The notes under the pieces were generated by a model. The model was not told where the DNA came from. It did not search any database and saw nothing but the letters and a program-made list of their open reading frames with translations. A program made the position numbers and the translations under genes. 64,000 nt of DNA, from NCBI GenBank assembly GCA_030704615.1, contig CM060732.1, positions 62,186,001 through 62,250,000 of the forward strand, in the 5' to 3' direction. The stretch comes from Takakia lepidozioides (Eukaryota > Plantae > Bryophyta). Of the stretch, positions 37,771 to 50,000 are shown piece after piece (position 1 is the first letter of the stretch; the number at the start of each line of letters is the position of its first letter).

Positions 37771-40128
37771 AGAATTTGAATTGAATTGACAAGTGTGGAT
37801 TGGTGTCACCGGGTATTGTTACGTCAAGTGGTTCTTGACAACATTCGAGACAATGATGAGGCTGGGACTCATTACCGCTAGGTATCCTACACCTCTTGAG
37901 GTATCCACCAAGGATGTTGTGGCTGTTTTCGTCGAACGTCTGTCCATTCAAATACCAAGTACTCTATGTTTAAGCTGTTGTATGGCAAAACATGTCACAG
38001 TCCTTTACATAATATTCCTTTTATCACAATGGCTACTGACCCCGTGGATTGGGATTCCTTCTTGGCTAACATTAGTGCTAAGCAGTAAAAATTACAAAGT
38101 TCCTGTGACAAGACTAATATTGCAAAAAACGGGCCAGCTCATGCAGGCCAAGAATTACAATCGCAGGGTGTGCTACTCAAATGAATTCTTGCAGGTGTAG
38201 TCTGTCTGTGTTAGACTACAGCCCGGGAAAATCATTTCTAAGGCCTAAAAAAGGATTGAGGGGCCATTTTTTTTATTGCAGAGACTTTACGTGGTCGGCA
38301 ATATCGTTTATTCCCACAAGACCATTTTGTCCCTCCTACTGTACATTTGGACTCCCTTGTGCATTACAAATTGGTGTTTGATCTCACCTACATCAATGTT
38401 GAGGGACACTACGTAGTTCTGACACCTGGACGTGAATGAGTGCAGGTGATCCAGACCTGATCTGCTCATTTTTGGCCATTATTCTCGCATAACAGTTGGC
38501 AATGCAAGTTGAGGATTTTGATTGGATTGTCTTCACCAGTTTTAGTATCTACATACCATTCGGAAGAGAGGTCATGGCGGCTTAAGAGGTAGACAGTAAC
38601 ATGATTGGGGTTTTTTCTAATGAAGATTTTGTCCATTACCCAGTTTGTAGGGTAAGGTTTTCCCTCTTAGGTTTTTTCATCCCTCTCATATCGGATGCGT
38701 AGTATTAGCTTTGGATGTTGGCTTGGTGTTTGCCTCGGTGATCTTCATCTCACTACTCAGGGGCATATGCCCTGGGTAGAGAAGTTAAGTCTTACAAGCT
38801 CTGCCTGCCGTGTCACCCCCTTCCATGTCGCTCTGTTCATGTCACCCCATTCTTTGTCACCCCAATCTGTGTCACTCTAGAGGAAGATTTGAATACAAAA
38901 GAATAGCTAACTTTACTTCAACAGAGCTGCCATATCAGCTGCTAGGTTTGATGTGTGAAGGTGGGGACACTTGGTTCCGAGAGAGAAGGTGTGTGAGGCA
39001 GAAGGATGATGGGGATGGTGCGCGTTCCAATCTCTTGCCCTCGGTGCTGTGGGAGTTCAGAAGGAATTCACCAAACCCAGTTTGTGAATGCCTCTCTTTT
39101 CACGGCTTGCAACGATGCAGCATCGGCAGCAGTGGTCAGGTTGCGCGGGGGAGGCATCCAGCTGGGAATTAGGACAGGGAATGGAATGGGTGAGGGTATA
39201 CTTAGCAGTCGGAGGTCACTTTGCGGCTTGCGTGCAGGCCACTCCAAGATTGGTTCATATGAAGGGGATGCCGGGCTGCGGGACGGACAGAGTGATGCAG
39301 GTGTGCAATGCGAAGAGCAGCCTGCAATATCGTCGGCTCTGCATGAGGGAAGTTCGCAGGCAAGTTCTTCGACTTATTTTACGGTGGTTTGTAGAAAGGA
39401 TGAAGAAGTCGTGTGTTTGACTGCGGTGTTGGTTCGGTGGGAGCTGGAACACCAGGTAAACCCTCGAATAGACATTCCCAGCCGAAACCCCTCTCTGAGG
39501 AAAATCCATCCGTTACTTTCTTGATGGGAGTCTTCCCAGCTGGAAGTAACTGGAAACACCGCTTCCGAATGCCATCTAAAGCGTAAAGAGAAATCACCCT
39601 CAAAGGCTCATCGATAGGTTGGATTCTTTCTAATGCTTCTGCTTGCATTGGACAGACCCGGATTTTGTGTAGAAAGCCAGACGGAAGACACAATTTTCCC
39701 CATTGATTCTTATAATCGAGAATATCTAGTGATCATTCTGATTACAAAACGGATATCCTAACGCATAGGAGCGTGGCAAGTTTGAACCTCTGGTTGTTCA
39801 AAGATATTGAACGACCCAACTGTCTTGGCAATCCAGATTCGTACACTTTCGATTGGTTTTTGAAGCTTAACACCTTCAGACTCTCGCAGGGGCCAGCTTT
39901 TGACTCGTGATTTTTAACACCCACACTGCATCGCCAGGTAGCGAGAGCTGCAAACATAAAAAAGCGTGACTCCCCCTGAGGCACTATGTGCACTTCTATA
40001 ACGATGGGAGCTGATTTTCACTAAAGTAGAAGTTTGTTTTTCTTTTCAAGGAAAACACTTCAAGCATTTAAGAGGTAATGCAGATCATGACACATCTTTG
40101 AATTTGGGCTCAGGTTGTTCGTCCCGAA

Positions 40129-40512
40129 ATGAGTGTAAGCACACCCCAGAATGGTGGCACCACAAGCCTGCCAGAGAACCCCCCGCAAGCTACAGGAGAA
40201 ATTGAGGGACCCCCTCTGGTTGTGTGGATTGGACTTACATTTGTTTATATCCTCCTGTATACCTGTGCATTTACTGTGTTCCCCATCCTTGCACCTCTAG
40301 AGCCTCTACGTGTTCCTTTGCAATATATCTACTATGCAGTGGTCTTGATTCATGTGTTGGAGGGTAGCTACGCCTGGTATCTTGCCCGCAGAATTGACCC
40401 CTCCAATGCTACCAGGTGGTCCTTGCAAGCTTCTTATGTGGGCTATTTCTCTCTTCGGCTGCTGCTAAGAAGGGTCAAACACAACAACTCTGATGATACT
40501 AGGAAAGACTAG
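40129..40512 (+). CDS. TMEM254/DUF4499-family small membrane protein, 127 aa, single coding exon
   Basis: Hydrophobic segments plus IHVLEGSYAWYLARRIDPSNATRWSLQ...GYFSLRLLL motif. Confidence 0.85.
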   Translation: MSVSTPQNGGTTSLPENPPQATGEIEGPPLVVWIGLTFVYILLYTCAFTVFPILAPLEPLRVPLQYIYYAVVLIHVLEGSYAWYLARRIDPSNATRWSLQASYVGYFSLRLLLRRVKHNNSDDTRKD

Positions 40513-41732
40513 GTAGAGGGAAACCTTAATACCTCTGAGTGCATAATTTGTCATCTAGACATTTAGAATTCCAGTCTTTTCGTCTCGTATCTGCCATCCA
40601 TCTTGTTTTGTAGTCTCTCTGTCCTTCAACACAAGAGTTGTGTTTGGACTTACCATTGGCTGACAGATGAAGCCATAGCCTTCTTGGGCCTTCTGTGTAC
40701 CCTAATGCGAATTGGACTGACCACAATTGTAAATTGCCTCATTGATTCTGTTTATCAAGGCAGTGGCGAACGATTATGCAACGGTAGACAGGTCAGGTCC
40801 ACATTTGATAGCGATGGGATTGCAATAGCCACAGCCAGCAATGATCACAGGGCCGGGTCCCACACCGTTTATGTCAGGATGGCCTGATAGTGCTATCCAT
40901 GGTCGTGTTTATGGAATATATTCTAGGCACTTGGTGATGTCCACTATTTTCCCCACATCTTTTGTGACTGATGTAAGGGGTATAAGAGGCCTCATGCCTA
41001 TACACGATTTGGGGTGATTTGGTCCACCAAGGAAAATTATGGGTTTTCGAAGTGGTATAATCAGCCCTTCAGCCATGAAGGGGCATGTGCAAGGACAGTT
41101 TCTGCCATAGATTCAAACATGACAAACAAATGTGTAGGTTTGCTTAACTTACGTTAAAACCAGATTGGCAAATTTTCGCAAACCTTGTCTTCTAACTCAA
41201 AGTTGTGAGAGTACTCTGGGCAAGCCTGGCTAGATTCCAAGTGGCTGTAAGGGAGATTAGTGAAGAGTCAAGAAAGAGAAGTGTGCAATGTTGTTGTACC
41301 ACATTGTCATTCACAGATTTACACTTCATAGATTGTTTGATCACTCTCAAGCCCCTAGCAGGATGAAGATGTTTGAGCAGGAGATTGACGCCATCAAATA
41401 AAGCGGCGGGCATGGTAGGGTCACATGAGGAAGTTTGTATTTGGTTTACTCGCCGCTGTTTGTGGAAAACTGACCTAGCACCCATCCATGTCACTATCCA
41501 CAATAATCCCAGGCCTTGCTAACAGACTCCAATTCTAGAAACAACTGGGCATTTTTCTGCTCTTAAGAAATTGTCTGCATGCTCCTAGAAGCTTGCTTGT
41601 CATTGGTTGCAATCAAGAAAGGAAAGCCCAGCAGTGATTGTTACTCAAAGAGAGGGGAATCTAAGAAAAGATATTATGAGTGTTAACATTTAGAGGTAAT
41701 GACCAGCAATGATCCCAGACTCTAGAGTAAGA

Positions 41733-42035
41733 CATGAAATGAAATGGTACTTCATGGCTTCCGCAGAAAGCTCAAAGAGCTTATAGAACAAAAGGAAACA
41801 AGAAACAAGAAAGAGAAAAAAAACACAAAGAGGGAGCCAGAAGCAACCCCAAAAGCAACTACTGCTCAAGGGATTGCCTAAGGGTCAAAGCTTCATGCAG
41901 GTTAAGCTGCCAAGCATTTCTGATAACGGAAGACTTCTGTGAGAGATTGGGTTGCGCAGAATAACAGTTGTATCTCCCATATTTAATAGTGGAGAGGGGG
42001 TAAAAGAAGTGTTCTTCAGTTTTGATACCCTGGTT
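41733..42035 (-). mobile_element. LINE family A 3' fragment
   Basis: GAAAT tail, AAGCTC..GAGCTT hairpin and remnants of the ETEEHFF region. Confidence 0.8.
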
Positions 42036-42457
42036 GCGCCTGGTGCATGCTGGGCAGAGGCGGAAGAGGGAAAGAAAGAGAGAAATTTCATGAAGTCCAT
42101 AGGAAGTTCAACTTGGAAAAAGAGAGGTAGAGAGATGGTACAGTTATCTCCAAGGGCCTCCTAGTAAGCTAAGATTGAAAGGAAAAAGGACTGTCTATAA
42201 TCAATGCAAACCAAATACTCATTCAGAAGAAACTCTGAAATCCAAAATCCCTTGTGCTCCAATATTTGAATCTATTTTGTCAAAGCTGTTTTGAAGTTTT
42301 GCAGCTGACTTGTAGATCGCTGTGTGTACATGGGGTCGGTACAAGCAGCTATGGGCCTCTGCTCTAGGCCTCCGGTTTCGTTCAACTGGAAAACCAGCTG
42401 ATTCGCCAAGGGTGTAGAGCCGCTCCATAACTCTCTCAATTTGATTCTCTACCGGCT

Positions 42458-44086
42458 CTTTTTCCTGGATGTCAAAAAGGCTTATGACACAGTCTGGAGA
42501 GATGGCCTATGGTTCCGCCTCTGGTCTTGTGGGATCAAGGGAAAGATGTGGAGAGTTGTCCACAACTTGTATGCTCACACCAAAAGCTGTGTCACTGTTA
42601 ACGGACAGAAGTCCAACTTCTTTGACATAGACCAAGGTGTAGCTCAAGGATGTACTCTCTCCCCTCTGCTCTTCAATGTTTTCATCAATCAACTCCTCGA
42701 GGATGTGGAAAGTGAGGGATTTGGGTTAAGGGTGGGTGATACCACCATACCAGCCCTTATGTTTGCGGATGACTTCGCAGGCATAGGGGAGACTCCAACC
42801 AATCTCCAGGAGTTGATTGATTGCGCGAAGAGATACTTTGATCTTTGGGGCTGGAGGCTAACGTCAGCAAATGTGCAGTGGTAGCATTCAACGACAGAGG
42901 AGAGGGAGGAAGTGATCTTAAGTGGCAGTGGGGTAGCCAAGAGATCCCGGTCCTCCCTTCCTACACTTACCTGGGCGTTGAGTTCTCCTCCAATTGTAAT
43001 TGGGATGCACATATCCGGAAAGTTGTTCAAACTGGCAAGGGCAAAGCTCTGGGGCTCACTAAATTTTTCCACTGCAGAGGGGTCAACTCTGAGGTTAAGA
43101 AAACCATGCTTTGTCGCGTTATTAGACCTGCCTTGGAGTACGGATCTGCTATATGGGTTGATAACTCCAACCGGGCTAAGTCTCTAGAATCCATTCAAGT
43201 GGGGGTGCTTAAGGAGTGTATGTCAGCATGCTCCAAAACAGCCAATGTGGCTGTTCGGGGTGAGTTTGGCATTCCGTCCTTAAGCTCCCGACGAGATGAA
43301 TTCATGGTCAGATGGTGGGGTCAACTGCAACATATGCCCAACACCAGATATCCTAAGTTAATCGACTCTATATCTTGGAAACAGGACCGCCCTGTCAAAC
43401 AGGCTAAGTCCTGGCAGAAGAGAGTAGAAGAGATCCTCAAGGACCTGGACCTGGATCCGCAAGTCTTGACCCTGCTGGATAAATCTGACTTAGAGGCTGT
43501 ATTGTCCTCAGCCATGAGATTGTCTGATGAAAATGAAGTTAGGCAGAAAACTTCCCTGAACTTGTTTCCAGTCTGTGACATGGGGGAGGACATCTTGGAT
43601 GACCTCAAGGGTCTACCCACTCTCGGCACTAGACTGAGGGCAGGAAGCCTACCTTTGAACAGCAAACAGAAGCAGAGAGGAAAGGGAGAGTGCAATTGCC
43701 CGTTGTGTGGGCAATCTGAAGACAGTATTCATTTTCTGATACACTGTCCGGGGTTCTCTCACCAAAGAGACGCTCTCTTCAAATCTATTAAGGGAATTGT
43801 GCCTGTACCCCTGTTTACCAACTTTGAAAGTCTCGAGGCTGAGCCAAAAGCCCAGGCCCTCCTGAGGCCTAGTTTTTGGGCAAATCACACACAGCAGATT
43901 GATGCTTGTGTGAAAGGATTTCTAGAGGATATCTGGAAAACCCGGATTAATTCTTTATATGGAGGTAAGTCTTACTACCAACGTCAGCCCCTGACAGAGG
44001 TAGGTTCTGTCCCTTTTGTTCCCGCTCAAACTGGGCGCGGGGTCAATGGCCACAAGGCTACGGCAAACAACTCCTTATGAGTACAA
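42458..44086 (+). mobile_element. LINE family B (RTEX-like), 5'-truncated, with 12-bp TSD
   Basis: RT motifs FLDVKKAYD, GVAQGCTLSP, MFADD, YTYLG; CPLC..EDSIHFLIHC; one frameshift near 42845; TSD TCTCTACCGGCT at 42446-42457 and 44087-44098. Confidence 0.95.
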
Positions 44087-44210
44087 TCTCTACCGGCTGC
44101 TCTGGCTGTGTTTCTTGCGGTTTTGAGTGTGTCACTGTCTCTCTATCTATCACTTTCTCTCTCAGACCTGGTCCTGTTGGCTCTCTCTGTCTCTCATCCT
44201 GCTCTGTCAG

Positions 44211-46239
44211 TCATTCACGTGGGCTCTCTGGCCTTGAAAGACTACTAGGCGAGATGGAGTCAATCTCTTTCACAGAAGTGTAGATCTTCCGCTCCTCTTC
44301 TCTTATATACATTACCTGGTTTGTTCGACAAGCGGAGTCTATCTCTCTCATAGCACAGTACATTGTTTGCTCTCTCCGCCTAGAATCTGTCATTTCTCTC
44401 AAAGCAGACTCTAATCGCTTTCCCCTCTCTACAGCTCTGATCAGCTCATGTATGACGGTTAATCTATCTGTTTTTGGTGTAATTTGTCGGAGAAAGGCAT
44501 GTACATACGTGTCCTGGAGGGCCTTGCCAAAAACATCGCTGAGAACATTACCCGATGTCAGTGATGCCCTCAATAATTGCAATACCTGCCATTCCACAGT
44601 CAGAGTCTCAATCTCTCCATTTCCATCAGTGGGCACAAACACTATGATAGCACATCACTAAAGAATCCACTAGAGTTTGTCTATTGCGAAGCTGACTGGG
44701 TACCGAACTTGTAGGCCATTACCACCAGTGGTTGAGGCACATTTGACCCCAGATGACAAGGCAAATGCCCTCAATGCCCCACAGTGCCCCTACAAAGTTC
44801 AAAATGGTTGAAAGACGATGAAGATTGATGCAAGGCTCATTCAAGGATCTTAAACTACAAGTTGCATGTGTAAGCTGTTGTGGTGGCATGTCACTTTCAG
44901 CAACCACACCAGACCAATTTATGTTGCACCCTCAGGGATTTTGCAGATCGAATATCCTCTGGTAGTCCCTCTCTTTCTCACAAATGGAGCAAAGAAATTA
45001 CCTCATCAGTGCCAACATGAATGTCAAGACTGTCAAGTGAACTCATATGTTCAACCCTCAATTTCTTCAACAATGCCAATGAGTAAGAGCTGGGGAAAAT
45101 CTCAAGATTGTCAGTAATGAAAAACTTGCTTCCATCTTTAACGTAGCCATCTCTCATGCTCTTTGTCATGTGAGGCACCTCATGGCCTTCCAACATTTTG
45201 CATGGAGTCTGCATTCTTCTTCCATGGCGTGGGCATTTTACTCCAAACCTAAAGGGCAATTCGACAAAGGGTAAGTCTCAGCTTCTCCAGTCCTTCCAAT
45301 CCTTCTAATGGAGCATATGACTCTTTATTATTTGCTCTTGTTCCCCTCCGATAGAGTGGGAGAATTATCTCTAGACAACAGCTAATTTCTGAAGGGCCTG
45401 GCAGCCTAGAATCACACAACATTGTCCATGTAATTGGGTGCCAGAATGAACAACAAAAGTCCATAAGCAATGAGGTGGGTGAGTACATCATACACCAACT
45501 TCGGACACCAATGATGTGGTTTGTACGACACAAATGGCCTTGGAAATTACTTGGTCGTGACGTAGCTGCAGTGAGGCACCATGTTGCAGCCATAATAGGA
45601 AGGGGACGAGACTGCAGCATCGGGACCGTTTATACTGTCAGTATCTATCACCAAATACTTTGAGCCCAGTCCATTCGTTGGCTTTGGATTGACAAGAAGT
45701 TTCTTGTTGGCGCACATCCTTTCCTCGGCTTCCAGCCTCTCAACGCTCTCAAACACATTGGCAATGCCCCCCACTGTCTTGGGGCTGACTAAAGCGCCTG
45801 ACCCACCAATTGAGAGAAGAGTTATTCAGGAAAACCTTGACGGATTCTAGTACCACATTCTGTGGGCTCTCTCTTGTCAGGCTTTGTCAGCCAATAGGTG
45901 CATGATCTGTGGCCATAAGTCGACAACAACAATATCTATCTGAGTGGATTCCTCTCTACCAGTAAGGCCAAATTCCCTGAACAAAGAACTGGTAAACAAA
46001 TTTCTTGAAGGTTTTACTGGTGGCATGTAGGTGCCATTACTTTCAGACAGTAGTTTGATGATGCATCCGATCGGCAGTGTTAGAAACCCCATGACCAGAT
46101 CCACAAAATCCTTCCCGGCCTCCACGAACAGAACCTGCTTGCTCGTTTTGCTGAACATAAGAGTCACAGGGATGCCTTTGTGGCTATCACTGGGTGAATT
46201 GAACTCCATTCGCAGGTGTGTTTTCGCAGGTGTAGCCAT
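44211..46239 (-). CDS. DUF674-family protein, 4 exons, about 382 aa
   Basis: Exons 46239-45960, 45797-45551, 45248-45002, 44585-44211. Motifs KQVLFVEAGKDFVDLVMGFLTLPIG.IIKLL, GGIANVFESVERL, GYVK...FFITDNLEIFP, VG.DEVLQLLRASLTS.NVLSDVF. The exon 1 donor is the least certain junction. Confidence 0.88.
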
Positions 46240-46938
46240 GGGAGGCGAAATTAGATGGAGAAAGAGAGGTGCAGGAAAATGGGACTCAATCCTAATGATC
46301 CAAGAAATAGCCTACAACTTTCAAGTGTGTGAAACTTGAGATAGAGAGTGGATTAACAAAGAGACAGAACAGAGGAGGGTTGAGATGATGAACCTCAGTA
46401 GCCTAAGAACCCAAGGCCTGGATAGAGAGAAGAAAGAACTTCGTGAAGAGTGTAAGATAAGTACAAATCGGACTTACTAGCCTTGAGAAACTATGTGGTG
46501 TGTGTATGTTTGTGAGATCAGAGATATCAAACGGGCTTTGGGTGGGTTCATATCCAGCATTGCCGATGGAGTCTCAGTCACAATGGGGATCCAAATTGGA
46601 GAAAGGATTTGCCGTGGGTCTGTGTGTGATTTGTACCAAAAGGATGATAGTGAAATGGAGAGGGATTAGTGGGGACGAAGGTCCCTTCTCTTCAGCCCCC
46701 TGCATGAAGCGGTGAACAGATCAGAGCCCTTTGGAGGGAAAGGGAAAGGCAATTAGGTAGGCTAATAAGGAGTCAGTTAGTGAAGGGAAAGATAACTACT
46801 GAGGGTTAACGAATTAGTTAAAGACCACTTTCAGCTGACATAGGGCGGTTGGACGAACGAGAACCATGTCTGGAACGAGACAATTTGGACGCACACAACC
46901 TTCACAGAGGTTTCATCCACACCCAGCATCCATCCATT

Positions 46939-46966
46939 CAGGGTTTAGGTTTCAGGGTTTAGGGCT
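46939..46966 (-). promoter_or_regulatory. Telo-box-like repeats in the shared DUF674/UTP25 promoter
   Basis: AGGGTTTAGGTTTCAGGGTTTAGGG (AAACCCT-type on the minus strand) about 90 bp upstream of the UTP25 ATG; telo-boxes are typical of plant ribosome-biogenesis genes. Confidence 0.5.
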
Positions 46967-47051
46967 AGGTTCTGGAGGAGCAGAGAAAGAGGGAGAGCGA
47001 GAGAGTGAGAGAAGGGAGGGGAGAGAAAGGAGGGTGCTTACTTAGAGCACA

Positions 47052-50000
47052 ATGAAGAGGAAGGGTCGGCCGCCGCAGCGGGGGAGAGGGGGAGGGAGAG
47101 GTTCTCGTGGTCGGTTCAATGGCGCTTCCAAGCGCGGCCGTCATCATCTTACAACAGTGTCGGAACCCCCCGGTTGGTACTCCACCTCCTTTTCTGTTTG
47201 GTGTTAGGGTTCTCATTGGCCAGATTACGTAAATGAGCTGGAATTGGAGAATTTTCTTGCGCCTAGCTGACAACAATCTCTTACATGGGGTGATTGTGTG
47301 CCCCATGTAAGAATGGAAAGCACAATGTCGAATCCATCTCTGCTACTGTAGCCCTGTTTGTTCAGAGATGTGAGAGAGCTTTTAGTATGTGTGCGTTCTG
47401 AGGGAGAGGCAATGGGAGAGAAGGGTCACGTTATCTCAGCAATTCAGATTGTTTTGGCATGGATGAACTTTGTAAGCATTCTGGACCTCTAAAATTAGAT
47501 TGCAAGGAGAGTACCCAGGCCATGTATCCCTCCTTTCCCACCCTTCATAGACACTGTTCGATCTCATCTGTGACTGGGTCTGAATTTACTTGTAGTTACT
47601 CAGCTCACGGCAGGCCTGCATTCAGCCTACAGTTGCTTTATAACCAGAAAGATGTAGCACAACCGAGACATTTGGGGCACAATTGGTGCTTGGACAAGGG
47701 GCCGGGGAAATCCGTTCCTCCTCGCCACGCACGCAGATTGAATTGTCGATCAATGCAGCTAAAAGTATAGCCTGAATTAAGCACCATTTGAGTATTTAAT
47801 GAGGCAGAGATGTCCTGACAGCTGTTGTTTGAAGTTAATAGTCGAATTGTGATCCTTTGAGATTACAGTAGGGTGCAAACTACAACATTTAGTTGTGAAG
47901 GTATTTCTGAAGTTTCCTATTGTCTAATGCATGCCACAGAAGGATATTTCTGCGGTGCAACTGAAAATTATGGCCCCCTTTTCATTATACATCTGGACTG
48001 TTTGATTGAACAGAACCCGAGAAGGAGCGTGCCATTGACGAGGACGCCAGTGATGAAGACCATGAGTTGGTTATGGAGGAACCTGACAATGCTTATTCTG
48101 CCCTCCTACAAACCTTGCAGGAAACGAGTGGAACATTTGCCCGAGCTTATGCTCAGCGGTGTGTATGCATGCAGAGTTGAGAGAGAGAGAATGAAATGAC
48201 ACAGATGGAGAATGAATAGGAAGCACCGTGACTGCCTGCGAATGGTGGCTATGATGCACCCTTCAGGTCATTGTCCCAGCAGGCAAGAGAGTTGTCCCTT
48301 GGAAAAGGGGAAAGAGGCAGTTCCACCTATGCTTATCATTGATATATCACGTGGTGTTTTCAAACAAAAACTCGAGAGAGAGCATGACAGGTTCCCAAAG
48401 GCATTCTCTAGATTACAAGGATGGGTCTTCATTTGTCAGTCATTGCATGCTGGCAGGCGTAGGGAAGAGCAAGGAGGGGGCACCAGCAGTTCGGAGGAGG
48501 AAGCAGCAGGCGGTGATCTAGAAGCTGACAGTAACCCTGACACTGATTCAGAATCTCAGTCTGAGATTGATGCTGGTACACCACAAGTTTCACAGCATCT
48601 TTTCAGTTCTTGGCACTTGAGGCATAGCCCTTTAAGGACCTCAATTGCTCAGGATGTGGATCCGTGATTTGCGAATCCGTTAAAGCTCCTGTGTGTAAAG
48701 GTACCCTTGCACACGGGGATGATCAACATTGGCATAATATCACACAGAATGTGGATTCTTCTCAGAAACACATGGTTTCTAGATGGTGCTAGTCTTTGCA
48801 TTTGTGATCCTGATATACTTCCCTTCCAAGACCAGGAAGTGATGCAGTGCATTAAGGTTTGATTGCAAGAACTGACATAACAAGTCTCAGCTCCTGTAAA
48901 ACTGACTCGCGCTTATGTGGACAGAAAGTGAAGGGGGGCATGGAGACAATGAAGAGTTGTCAGTTGCTGATAAAGGGGCAGATGCAATGACAAATGGAAA
49001 ATGGGGAGGTGGATCTGGAGAGAAGGAAGAAAGTGATGGCGACGATGAAGATGGTCTGTCGGAGGCAGAGAATGATGAGGAAGGCGACCTCGAAAGGTTG
49101 GCTAGCGGGGCAAGTGCAGGCACATGTATTGAGTAAGATGCTCCTTTCCATCAGTTTCATTTGTTCGGTCCCAACTCTATGGTACTTCTTTATTAAAGCA
49201 AACGACACTTGTTTCAGAAGTCGTCCTGAAGTATGGGTAAATTAATTACTTCCTATGTGTTGGAGTATGTGGTCAGGTACGTGTTACAGAATGGGGTGTC
49301 CCTATGTTGTACAGGTAGGTAGTATCGATGTCACTTCTTGGATCTCGATTGGCCTTGCCATAAAATTTAACGGAATTGATGCACAACACTGCAGCGTTGT
49401 GCTTGCAAAGGCAAAGCTCTCACAGAAAAGGGATGTGTCTTCACTATGAGGCCATGTGAGTGGAGCAATGTATTTGGTCAAAGAACATGATGTCTTTGTA
49501 GGTTCCCATTCAGAAGGACCCTTCGTCAGTTGGGAATTACAAACGTGACTGAGTGTCCCCAGCCCATTCAAGACTCAAATTGAGCACGAGTTGAATGAAG
49601 CTGAAATTGCCAAGCTGGTGGAGGGGGAGGGGAAGGCCAAATTCAAGGCAAAGGTTGCAGCAGCAGGGTTTCCTGAAGGAAAGTGGATCACAAATGTTCT
49701 TGCCTGTCCCAAGGTGGGCAAGTCCCTTTCATCTTTCATCTTCCTTTGTCGTCCTGGCTCTATGTTTTGTTCTGTCCATTTGAATATCTAGTGGCTCATA
49801 ATGTGGCTATAGTCGCTATATATGAACGGAGGTGAAGGTTAGTGTCGATGGTATCGTCTCTGAACTTGACTCTGCTGAGTGCACTTGCAGGTAGAGAAGA
49901 GTTTAGACATGTGTGCAGTGAAGGTAAGGCTTCAAAAGCATTGGCAAGGCCTTCCCGGGCACATGCAATGGGGGGACTTCGAATCAGAACAGCAAGCCCA

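Noticed and set aside
38805-38880. Five TGTCAC(C)-type motifs in tandem
   Set aside because: Short and degenerate; could be a TE subterminal repeat or a cis-element, with nothing to decide between them.
39006-39993. Several overlapping 60-170-aa ORFs on both strands
   Set aside because: No conserved motif or consistent splice model; likely the 5' or promoter region of the TMEM254-like gene.
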